Assembly (NCBI GenBank): GCA_002862705.1 | Contig: PKDU01000017.1 | Coordinates: 54,894-118,893 of the forward strand | DNA length: 64,000 bases | Direction of reading: 5' to 3' | Origin: Flavobacteriaceae bacterium | GTDB taxonomy: Bacteria > Bacteroidota > Bacteroidia > Flavobacteriales > Flavobacteriaceae | Notes under the pieces: model-generated | What the model was told of the DNA's origin: nothing | Database searches by the model: none | What the model saw: the letters and a program-made list of their open reading frames with translations, nothing else | Position numbers and translations under genes: made by a program | Shown: piece by piece, positions 1 to 7,356 of the stretch | Layout of the letters: every line of letters begins with the position of its first letter | Numbering within the stretch: position 1 is the first letter of the stretch

Positions 1-256
1 TCTGAAAATACGCATAAAGTGATTTAAGTGCTGAACACTTGCGGTTGATGCTGCGCATGGCCAACCCACGTTTGGACAATGCAATGATGTAGTCACGTAG
101 CATGGGATAATGCACATCTTTGAGGTTGTGCAAACCATAGGCATCGGAACAGTGCAAAGTAAAGTCCTCTATGTCTTTGCTGTAAGCACGAACCGTGAGT
201 GGGGAATAATTTTTCTCAGAAGTTAAATAGCGGAGAAATGCAGCGGCGTTGTCCAT
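1..256 (-). CDS. tyrosine-type site-specific recombinase (XerC/XerD-like), N-terminal part; rest lies beyond the left edge
   Basis: Not in the ORF track because it runs off the edge. Reverse-strand ATG at 256..254 gives MDNAAAFLRYLTSEKNYSPLTVRAYSKDIEDF...RSINRKCSALKSLYAYFQ, the SAM-like N-terminal domain pattern of phage-integrase-family recombinases. Confidence 0.7.
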   Translation of the reverse strand, partial: MDNAAAFLRYLTSEKNYSPLTVRAYSKDIEDFTLHCSDAYGLHNLKDVHYPMLRDYIIALSKRGLAMRSINRKCSALKSLYAYFQ

Positions 257-278
257 AAGGACAAGTTACAAAAAGATT

Positions 279-473
279 TTAAACGTCTTCTTGGTCGCGG
301 AGACGCTGGATGTAAGCAGCCTTTTGAATTTCAGCACGACGCGAAACTGAAGGTTTCGAAAACGTCTGACGCTGACGGAGCTGACGCATGGTTCCTGTTT
401 TATCAAACTTACGTTTGAAGCGCTTTAGTGCGCGATCGATATTTTCACCGTCTTTGATTGGAATTATTAGCAT
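279..473 (-). CDS. rpsU: 30S ribosomal protein bS21
   Basis: 64 aa, very basic. IPIKDGENIDRALKRFKRKFDKTG...RRAEIQKAAY matches the bS21 family pattern. Confidence 0.95.
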   Translation of the reverse strand: MLIIPIKDGENIDRALKRFKRKFDKTGTMRQLRQRQTFSKPSVSRRAEIQKAAYIQRLRDQEDV

Positions 474-481
474 GAATCTAC

Positions 482-488
482 CCTCCTT
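482..488 (-). promoter_or_regulatory. Shine-Dalgarno-like AAGGAGG, 8 nt upstream of the rpsU ATG
   Basis: Plus strand cctcctt at 482..488. The mRNA reads GAAAGGAGGGUAGAUUC-AUG. Confidence 0.6.
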
Positions 489-505
489 TCTTTAGAATTA
501 GATGG

Positions 506-513
506 CAAATATA
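506..513 (-). promoter_or_regulatory. candidate Bacteroidota -7 promoter box TATATTTG (rpsU)
   Basis: Reverse complement of caaatata matches TAnnTTTG. It lies 32 nt upstream of the rpsU ATG. Confidence 0.35.
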
Positions 514-538
514 ATGGTATTTATAAAAACCTACTACC

Positions 539-1702
539 CTATTTTAATATTTGTTTTGCAATGACCACTTTTTGGATTTCAGAGGTGCCCTCGCCAATGG
601 TACAAAGCTTGGAGTCACGAAGGTATTTTTCAACTGGAAAGTCTTTGGAATACCCATATCCACCAAAAACTTGTACCGCTTCATTGGCCACCCTTACACA
701 AGTTTCGGAAGCAAATAGCTTACACATGGCGCTTATTTTCGTCATGCGCCTGCCCATATTCTTTTCATAACAAGCCTTATGCATCAACAATTCAGAGGCC
801 TCAATGTCTGTTGCCATCTGCGCCAACTTAAATGAAATGCCTTGAAACGCATTAATGGGCTTTCCAAACTGAACACGCTCTGAAGAGTATTTTAATGAAG
901 CCTCATAAGCACCTCTTGCAATTCCCAAGGATAATGCTGCTATGGAGATTCTTCCGCCGTCTAATATTTTCATAGATTGAATGAATCCATCCCCTACAGG
1001 GCCCAAACGGTTCGCATCTGGGATACGACATTGATCAAAAACAAGCTCTGCCGTTTCCGATGCACGCATTCCCAATTTATTTTCTTTTTTACCCGCATAA
1101 AATCCTGGTGTACCACGCTCAACAACAAAAGCGGTCATGCCACGGCTGTCGCCTTTTTCGCCTGTACGGACAACTATGACGGCTATATCTCCACTGCTGC
1201 CGTGAGTGATAAAGTTTTTAGTTCCATTGATTATCCAGTCATCTCCATCTTGAACGGCAGTAGCATTCATGCCGCCAGCATCAGAACCCGTATTGTGCTC
1301 TGTCAAGCCCCATGCACCTATCCACTCACCAGAAGCAAGCTTGGGCAACCAACGCTGTTTCTGCTCCGCGTCTCCAAACGACAATATGTGATTGGTACAC
1401 AAAGAATTGTGCGCCGCAATTGAAAGCCCAATGGAAGGATCAACCTTAGAAATTTCTTCAATAATAGCCGTGTACTCAAAATATCCAAGCCCAGCACCGC
1501 CATAGGTTTCAGGCACAAGTATGCCCATAAAGCCCATATCGCCGGCTTGATGTAAAAGTTCTTTCGGAAAAAATTGCCGCTCGTCCCAGTCCATCACGTG
1601 TGGTGCAATGTACTGCTGTGCAAAGTCACGCGCAGAAGCTGAAATCAGCTTGTGTGTTTCGCCTAACTCAAAAGAAGGACCCGTTTGTATTTCAGTATTC
1701 AT
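539..1702 (-). CDS. acyl-CoA dehydrogenase
   Basis: 387 aa with ACAD family patterns: WGLTEHNTGSDAGG, the FGGYGYSKDFPVEKYLRDSK C-terminal domain, and GEGTSEIQ. Confidence 0.9.
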   Translation of the reverse strand: MNTEIQTGPSFELGETHKLISASARDFAQQYIAPHVMDWDERQFFPKELLHQAGDMGFMGILVPETYGGAGLGYFEYTAIIEEISKVDPSIGLSIAAHNSLCTNHILSFGDAEQKQRWLPKLASGEWIGAWGLTEHNTGSDAGGMNATAVQDGDDWIINGTKNFITHGSSGDIAVIVVRTGEKGDSRGMTAFVVERGTPGFYAGKKENKLGMRASETAELVFDQCRIPDANRLGPVGDGFIQSMKILDGGRISIAALSLGIARGAYEASLKYSSERVQFGKPINAFQGISFKLAQMATDIEASELLMHKACYEKNMGRRMTKISAMCKLFASETCVRVANEAVQVFGGYGYSKDFPVEKYLRDSKLCTIGEGTSEIQKVVIAKQILK

Positions 1703-1704
1703 AG

Positions 1705-2550
1705 CTAATTAAAAGACAAATATAGAGATAATCTAGCTTTTTTAATGGAGTCCATTTGCGCAATATCAGCCAAGTCCTGCCAAGAGGTTAGCGAATCTTG
1801 CTGCGTCCTCAGAGCTACAATGCTGCTCGCCAAGGAAGTGCTGATATATGGCGATCGTGAGAGTTGTGCAATAGTCAGGTCGTTGATGTTTTGTTTTGCT
1901 ACAAGCGGAACAGAATCAAGTTTAAAATGCATCCATAACTGCTCTTGAACCTCGGGTTTTAAACCCCACACATCGCTCAACTGATCTTTAATCAAAAATC
2001 CGCCTAACTGTTTGCGCAAACTAACTACACGCTGTCCCAATACAGGTCCGATGCCATAAACTTCTTGCAGTGCTTCGGCAGTGGCCCCATTGATTTCCTT
2101 CTTTGTCCTTGCTTTAATGGTCGTTTTTGCCTTTTTGATTTCTGGAAATTTTAAATAAGGACGAATGCGATTCACCTCAGCATCTGACAATCCTGCCACT
2201 TTTTTTATGTCTTTTTCTGAAAGTAGGTAATTTCCATTTGCTCTGTAAGCACGAATACGCTCCACAGCCTCCATGGAAATACCAAGTTGATAGGCCTTGA
2301 AGTCGGAGATATAATTGGGGTTAAACGGGTAGATACTGTCTCTGATTTTGTTTGAGGCAATTTTTAAACTCTTGAGAGAATCTATGAGGTGTTGTGTTTC
2401 CTTGTTCACAACAAAGGTTTCAGCGTTCCGTTGGCTTGGTTTGTATGATAACGAAATTAGCAAGTGAATAACAAGGAACACTAAAAAAGTCCACAGCACA
2501 CCCCTACGCTGTGATTTGTTTAGTTTGTAAAAAGGACTTGGGGGTTTCAC
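1705..2550 (-). CDS. helix-hairpin-helix (ComEA-like) domain membrane protein
   Basis: 281 aa with an N-terminal TM segment and repeated HhH-like segments (INGATAEALQEVYGIGPVLGQRVV). GTG start. Lies 2 nt downstream of the acyl-CoA dehydrogenase gene. Confidence 0.55.
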   Translation of the reverse strand: MKPPSPFYKLNKSQRRGVLWTFLVFLVIHLLISLSYKPSQRNAETFVVNKETQHLIDSLKSLKIASNKIRDSIYPFNPNYISDFKAYQLGISMEAVERIRAYRANGNYLLSEKDIKKVAGLSDAEVNRIRPYLKFPEIKKAKTTIKARTKKEINGATAEALQEVYGIGPVLGQRVVSLRKQLGGFLIKDQLSDVWGLKPEVQEQLWMHFKLDSVPLVAKQNINDLTIAQLSRSPYISTSLASSIVALRTQQDSLTSWQDLADIAQMDSIKKARLSLYLSFN

Positions 2551-2558
2551 ATGCTACA

Positions 2559-4229
2559 TCAGGATTTGGTCCGTATGGCGGTTAGGTATCTGTTGAGTTC
2601 CTTTTTCACCACAGGGAATAAGAAGTAGAGTCCAATCATGTTGGGGAATACCATGGCAAATATCATGGCATCGGAGAAAGCCCAAATAGAGTCCATACTA
2701 GCGGCAGAACCAATTATGATAAAAATTAAAAACAACAACTTATAGGTCATGTCTGCGCGCCGGCCCCTGCCAAACAAAAACTTCCAAGACTGAATTCCGT
2801 AATAAGACCACGAAATCATGGTTGATATGGCAAATAAGAAAACGGCAATGGTTAGGAACAAATCAGAATATGGGATGTATTGCTCAAATGCTTTAGACGT
2901 AATTCCAGCACCCTCGTATAGGCTGCCGTCTATCAACACCTTTCCGCTAACGTCTTCATAATTAACGCCGTCAATCACAAGACTGTAACTACCGTCGGTT
3001 TGTTCAATGGCATTATCATACTTCGATAAATCTCCATAGGCAAATTTGTTTTGACTGTTGAATGTGATGATAACCAAAGCAGTCATCGTACAGATCACAA
3101 CCGTGTCAATAAATGGCTCCAACAAGGCAACCAGGCCTTCAGAAGCTGGATACTTGGTCTTTACGGCAGAATGTGCAATAGAAGCGGAACCCGCCCCTGC
3201 CTCGTTTGAAAAAGCAGCACGTTTAAACCCTACCATCAAAACGCCAATGATACCCCCAACGCCAATGGCCTTAGGATTAAACGCTTCTGTAACGATAAGC
3301 GAGATAGCATCATCTAAAAAGGTAAAATTGATCGATAAAATATAAATACACGCTAGCACGTATAAAACGGCCATAAAAGGTACCACGCGTTCCGTAACAG
3401 AAGCAATACGCTTAATCCCACCAATAATAATAAGTCCCACAAGGATTGCCATCAACAAACCAATGACAGCACCAGCACTGGTGCTTTCCAGCCCCATAAG
3501 CTGCTTTAAAACGACTGTCGCTTGGTTAGATTGTGCAGCGTTCCCCCCACCAAAAGAACCACCAATACAACATATCGCAAAAATGACGGCTGTAATCTTA
3601 CCTAGCTTGGCAAAACCTTTTTCACTCAAGCCTTTCTTTAGGTAGTACATAGGGCCACCGTAGGTTGTTCCATCAGGACCAACGTCACGGTATTTTACCC
3701 CAAGCGTACATTCCACAAACTTGGTGGACATACCAATAAGCCCGCAAACAATCATCCAAAAGGTAGCACCAGGTCCGCCCAATGCTATGGCAAGTGCAAC
3801 ACCTGCGATATTTCCATTTCCGACAGTACCTGAAACTGCCGTTGCCAATGCTTGAAAATGACTTACTTCACCGTCTTGACTTTCGTCTTTTATGGTGTCA
3901 ACAATATCTCCATCAGCTACATTAACAGCTGCTTTTTCTGACGCTGAATGATGGTCAATATCGTCATACTTTCCGCGCACAACATTAATGGCTAATGGGA
4001 ATTTGCGTACGTTGATAAACCCAAAGTAAATGGTAAAAAACAAGGCGCTTCCCACCAATAAATAAATCACAAAAGGATTGCCGCCTACTTGGAAGAAAAC
4101 AACTTCTGAGAAAAAATCAGAAACAGGTTTGAATGCTTCATTAATGCGTTCGTCTAGTCCCCTTTCAGTGGTTTGAGCGTTTAGCGGTAGACACAAAAGG
4201 GTCATGATTGAAGTGATAAGGTATTTCAT
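2559..4229 (-). CDS. alanine/glycine:cation symporter (AGCS) family amino-acid carrier
   Basis: 556 aa, polytopic. GGPGATFWMIVCGLIGMSTKFVECTLGVKYR and FSNEAGAGSASIAHSA are AGCS signatures. Confidence 0.85.
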   Translation of the reverse strand: MKYLITSIMTLLCLPLNAQTTERGLDERINEAFKPVSDFFSEVVFFQVGGNPFVIYLLVGSALFFTIYFGFINVRKFPLAINVVRGKYDDIDHHSASEKAAVNVADGDIVDTIKDESQDGEVSHFQALATAVSGTVGNGNIAGVALAIALGGPGATFWMIVCGLIGMSTKFVECTLGVKYRDVGPDGTTYGGPMYYLKKGLSEKGFAKLGKITAVIFAICCIGGSFGGGNAAQSNQATVVLKQLMGLESTSAGAVIGLLMAILVGLIIIGGIKRIASVTERVVPFMAVLYVLACIYILSINFTFLDDAISLIVTEAFNPKAIGVGGIIGVLMVGFKRAAFSNEAGAGSASIAHSAVKTKYPASEGLVALLEPFIDTVVICTMTALVIITFNSQNKFAYGDLSKYDNAIEQTDGSYSLVIDGVNYEDVSGKVLIDGSLYEGAGITSKAFEQYIPYSDLFLTIAVFLFAISTMISWSYYGIQSWKFLFGRGRRADMTYKLLFLIFIIIGSAASMDSIWAFSDAMIFAMVFPNMIGLYFLFPVVKKELNRYLTAIRTKS

Positions 4230-4241
4230 AATTGGTTTGGA

Positions 4242-4469
4242 TTATAAATCAAAAACTGATGAGCGTTTTGCAAATAAAAGATCTTTCATTCTTAGCCAGA
4301 AGGCAAAAACCAAATATAATGCAAAGCCAGCACCCAAAGAAAAAAAACTCAGATATATAAAGAAAATGCGAACATGTTTTGCTTTCATGCCCAGGCGTTC
4401 TGCCAATCGGGAGCATACTTCAAAGCCACGTTTTTCTAGAAAGTATCGCAATTCATACATAGCACTCAT
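4242..4469 (-). CDS. PspC domain-containing small membrane protein
   Basis: 75 aa. An N-terminal amphipathic segment is followed by the TM FFIYLSFFSLGAGFALYLVFAFW, typical of short PspC-domain proteins. Confidence 0.6.
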   Translation of the reverse strand: MSAMYELRYFLEKRGFEVCSRLAERLGMKAKHVRIFFIYLSFFSLGAGFALYLVFAFWLRMKDLLFAKRSSVFDL

Positions 4470-4490
4470 GTGACAAAAGTAATCAAAGAT

Positions 4491-5750
4491 TTAAGAGTTT
4501 GTGTCCAAGGAACACGACAAGCATCTGCGCGGAGTGCAATAGTTGGTTTTCAGCTGAATACACGCCTGACTTTCTAAGGCATCTGCTATGCTACAGCCAA
4601 GCTCCTTAAACTTAAGACTGTAATTGTTTTTTTCGGGGGGCAATTGACGCACCCAGTCCAAAATTTGATCGACACGCCCGTCGCCTGTGTATTTGTAGTA
4701 TTGAAACAAAAAAGGAAAAACGGTATTTAACAGCAGTAGCTGAATAAACGACTTGGTCAATTTGCGTTGCTGTTGCTTGGCAGGCGTGTGAAACTGATAA
4801 TGTGATTCCCAAAAAGAAGTGGTCTTGGCTTGCAGCAATGCATACAAGGAGTCCAAGCTTTTTGCGGCCTGAATATGCGACAACAATCGAGGCTGTTTGG
4901 AAGTAAGCCACGCGAGTTGAGCCAGTCTAATGGTGGGGAAATTTGCAGGGCGTAAACGGAAAAACGTAAGACTTTCAGTTATGGGCTTCAGTTGGTATTT
5001 GTGCTGTAAATACAAATATGTTTTTTGTTGCTGTGCAAAATAGGTATGGTCAACGGGTTTTTGCAAAAGATTGGATTGTCCAAATAATAGCGCTTCACGT
5101 TATTCTGTGTTTACAGCGCTGTTAAGTACGGCTTTCCACGTTGTTGCAAGTGCCATGTTGGCAAAGGCCAATCCATTTTGCTTTAACCCAAAACCTTTGG
5201 CCATGGCAACAAAGAAAACCGCCTCCCAATTGTTTTTAGTCAAGGACAACCAGTGCTGAAATAAGGCCGTTTTTTCCATAAGCCGTTCCACATAGAGTCG
5301 CTCCCAAAATTGGGTTTGGAGAAATTTGGGAACAGTGTGAATCTTATCGGCGCAGCTAATCCATTTTTTATCTTGACTTATCCAACGTTCATACTTTTTG
5401 AGTATGCTATTAGGTACATATTCAGACAAACACAGGGTTGGCATGGGTTGTTGGCTAATGTCAAAAACAGGGATGTCATTTTCCCAAACCACATGTAGAA
5501 TAACGTTGTCGTAATTGGTGTCTTCTTCATGTCGGTGATTAAACCAATCGGAAGCGCGAATATGAAGCTCAACATTACCTACCCAGAGCGTTTTGTTTAA
5601 TTGGATATGCGCATTTGAAAAATCAGGACCTGCATTGGAATTCTCTTGCCCAGGCTTTACCACAATAAGGTCATCACCGTCTGTTGTTTGTAACGACTTA
5701 CGGCTAAAATATTGTGTTTTCCATAAATAGGCGAGCAGTTCTTCGCGCAC
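4491..5750 (-). pseudogene. DUF2851 family gene interrupted by a single in-frame TAA (5102..5100)
   Basis: ORFs 5100..5750 and 4491..5066 are in the same frame. Reading through gives ...LNSAVNTE*REALLFGQSNLLQKPVDH.... The N-terminal part (LLAYLWKTQYF...NVELHIRASDWFNHRH) is typical of DUF2851. Confidence 0.6.
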
Positions 5751-5762
5751 CGTGTTTTAAGA

Positions 5763-6146
5763 TTACTCCTCCAAATCGCCCTCCCAAGCAAGGACGCCGC
5801 CATCAAGATTATATACAGCACTAAAGCCTAGCTGACTCATAAGTTGGCACGCTTGCCCACTTCGAGCGCCAGAACGACAGTACACAAAATAGGATTTGGA
5901 TTTGTCCAGTATTTCGATAGAAGCGACAAAGTCTGCTCCTCCGCGGATATCCATGTTCAAAGCTCCCTTAATGTATCCAGACTCAAACTCCTCCGCTGTT
6001 CTAACATCAAGGATTACTGACGCTGAAGTTTGTTCTTGTAATTCAGCCCATGCATCGGGCGCTAATTCTTTCATTTGTGTTTGTTTTTTGGGCGAAGACA
6101 CACACGCAGTAACCATCAATAAAAAAACAACTAACCTGTGCATCAT
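5763..6146 (-). CDS. rhodanese-like domain lipoprotein
   Basis: 127 aa. Signal and lipobox LMVTAC. Active-site loop YCRSGARS of the rhodanese CxxGxR type. Confidence 0.85.
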   Translation of the reverse strand: MMHRLVVFLLMVTACVSSPKKQTQMKELAPDAWAELQEQTSASVILDVRTAEEFESGYIKGALNMDIRGGADFVASIEILDKSKSYFVYCRSGARSGQACQLMSQLGFSAVYNLDGGVLAWEGDLEE

Positions 6147-6156
6147 TTACTTTTTT

Positions 6157-6164
6157 CAAATATA
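6157..6164 (-). promoter_or_regulatory. candidate -7 box TATATTTG (rhodanese gene)
   Basis: Matches TAnnTTTG on the minus strand, 10 nt upstream of the ATG at 6146. Confidence 0.35.
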
Positions 6165-6179
6165 ATCCAATTATTTTTA

Positions 6180-6187
6180 TACATTTG
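6180..6187 (+). promoter_or_regulatory. candidate -7 box TACATTTG (marR-yceI operon)
   Basis: Matches TAnnTTTG, 23 nt upstream of the ATG at 6211. Confidence 0.4.
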
Positions 6188-6211
6188 TACCTACAACAGT
6201 TGTTAATACAA
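6185..6211. promoter_or_regulatory. 27-bp nested inverted repeat, candidate MarR operator
   Basis: TTGTA-cct-ACAAC-a-GTTGT-taa-TACAA. Both arm pairs are perfectly complementary. It overlaps the -7 box and reaches the marR start codon. Confidence 0.4.
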
Positions 6212-6645
6212 TGATAAATAGAGACGTCGTAGTGAAAATAATGAAAGGCGGAAATGTATTTGCTGAGCATATCGGAAATACACTCCAACCTTATGGGCTA
6301 AGCTTACAACAGTTTAATGTATTGCGCATTTTACGAGGTCGTAATGGGGCCGCGGCATCATTAGAGAGTGTTACAGGCGATATGATTCACCGCATGAGCA
6401 ATACCTCAAGGATAGTCGACAAGCTATTGGAAAAAGGGCTTGTTGAGCGTGTCTTGTGCCCAGAAAATCGTCGTAAGGTGAATATTTTTATTACCCAAAG
6501 AGGATTAAAGCTGCTCAAGAAAATTGATCGTGTTATTAATCAAACCGAAGAAACGCTAACAGCTTCTCTATCGAAACAAGAAATGGACCAATTGTTGCAA
6601 CTACTCAATAAGATAAATTTTTATAACACTAAATACACAAAATGA
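6211..6645 (+). CDS. MarR family transcriptional regulator
   Basis: 144 aa. Winged-helix segment LSLQQFNVLRILRG...MSNTSRIVDKLLEKGLVERV...DRRKV-like. Confidence 0.85.
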   Translation: MINRDVVVKIMKGGNVFAEHIGNTLQPYGLSLQQFNVLRILRGRNGAAASLESVTGDMIHRMSNTSRIVDKLLEKGLVERVLCPENRRKVNIFITQRGLKLLKKIDRVINQTEETLTASLSKQEMDQLLQLLNKINFYNTKYTK

Positions 6646-7199
6646 AAATAAGAACGATAACAGCCTTTTTGGCAACTACTTTGTTAAGTTTTGGGCTAAG
6701 TGCGCAAACAACGCCCATCACAAATGGAATCATCAACTGGGAAGGATCAAAAATTACTACCGACTCACATACGGGCACCCTCGATATTAGCGAAGGAATG
6801 CTAACATTTGAAGCAAACGCACTGGTTGGCGGCAGCTTTACCGTAGACATGAACTCGATGGTATGCACAGACCTTTCTGGAAAATCTGCAGCAAGATTAG
6901 TAGGTCACCTCAAATCAGATGATTTTTTTGGTGTGGATGAACACCCAACAGCCTCGTTAACCTTCACTTCAGTTGAGGCTTCAGAAACAGGCTATACAGT
7001 AACAGGAGATTTCACCATTCGTGGCATTACCAATGCGGAGACTTTTGAGCTCAAAATTGATGGAAATACAGGCACTGCTGACTTGGAAATTGACCGCTCT
7101 AAATACAATGTGAAATTTAGGTCTGGATCCTTTTTTGAAAACTTAGGAGACAAGCTTATAAACGACGAATTAAAGCTTCGTGTGAGCTTTGCCTACTAG
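6642..7199 (+). CDS. YceI family periplasmic protein
   Basis: 185 aa with a signal peptide. GTLDISEG...VDMNSM...RLVGHLKSDDFF...HPTASLTF matches the YceI-like domain. 4-nt overlap with marR. Confidence 0.85.
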   Translation: MKIRTITAFLATTLLSFGLSAQTTPITNGIINWEGSKITTDSHTGTLDISEGMLTFEANALVGGSFTVDMNSMVCTDLSGKSAARLVGHLKSDDFFGVDEHPTASLTFTSVEASETGYTVTGDFTIRGITNAETFELKIDGNTGTADLEIDRSKYNVKFRSGSFFENLGDKLINDELKLRVSFAY

Positions 7200-7226
7200 C
7201 CCTTGTTTTTTTATCGCTGAATTGCA

Positions 7227-7234
7227 TATATTTG
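7227..7234 (+). promoter_or_regulatory. candidate -7 box TATATTTG for the trp leader/operon
   Basis: Matches TAnnTTTG, only 5 nt upstream of the leader ATG (7240). A TTG at 7203..7205 sits about 21 nt upstream as a partial -33 element. Confidence 0.45.
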
Positions 7235-7239
7235 GGCAG

Positions 7240-7281
7240 ATGAAAAAACGCATTTTTAATACGCTTTGGTGGAACTCCTAA
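7240..7281 (+). CDS. predicted trp operon leader peptide MKKRIFNTLWWNS
   Basis: 13-codon ORF with tandem Trp codons at 7267..7272, immediately upstream of an alternative-hairpin/terminator structure and trpE. Confidence 0.65.
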   Translation: MKKRIFNTLWWNS

Positions 7282-7338
7282 TTGGAGATGATAAGCGTAT
7301 TATATACAATTGAAAGGCTTGTCATTATATGACAGGTC
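7257..7338 (+). promoter_or_regulatory. transcription attenuator (mutually exclusive helices 1:2, 2:3, 3:4)
   Basis: 7257..7266 pairs with 7293..7302 (10 WC bp). 7288..7296 pairs with 7317..7325 (8 WC + 1 GU). 7316..7325 pairs with 7329..7338 (8 WC + 2 GU). Confidence 0.6.
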
Positions 7339-7345
7339 TTTTTTT
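7316..7345 (+). terminator. intrinsic terminator of the trp attenuator
   Basis: GGCTTGTCAT-tat-ATGACAGGTC followed by TTTTTTT (7339..7345). It ends 12 nt before the trpE ATG. Confidence 0.6.
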
Positions 7346-7356
7346 ATTTTTAACTA

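Noticed and set aside
1-256. Tyrosine recombinase at the window edge as a marker of an integrated mobile element.
   Set aside because: It sits directly next to rpsU in what looks like a housekeeping XerC/XerD-type context. No att repeats, phage genes or cargo genes are nearby. The tRNA-Val repeat is 40 kb away and appears unrelated.
4204-4473. 89-aa plus-strand ORF overlapping the PspC-domain gene.
   Set aside because: It is antisense to a better-supported small membrane protein gene. Its translation is Lys/Arg-rich low complexity and it is convergent with the whole minus-strand gene block.
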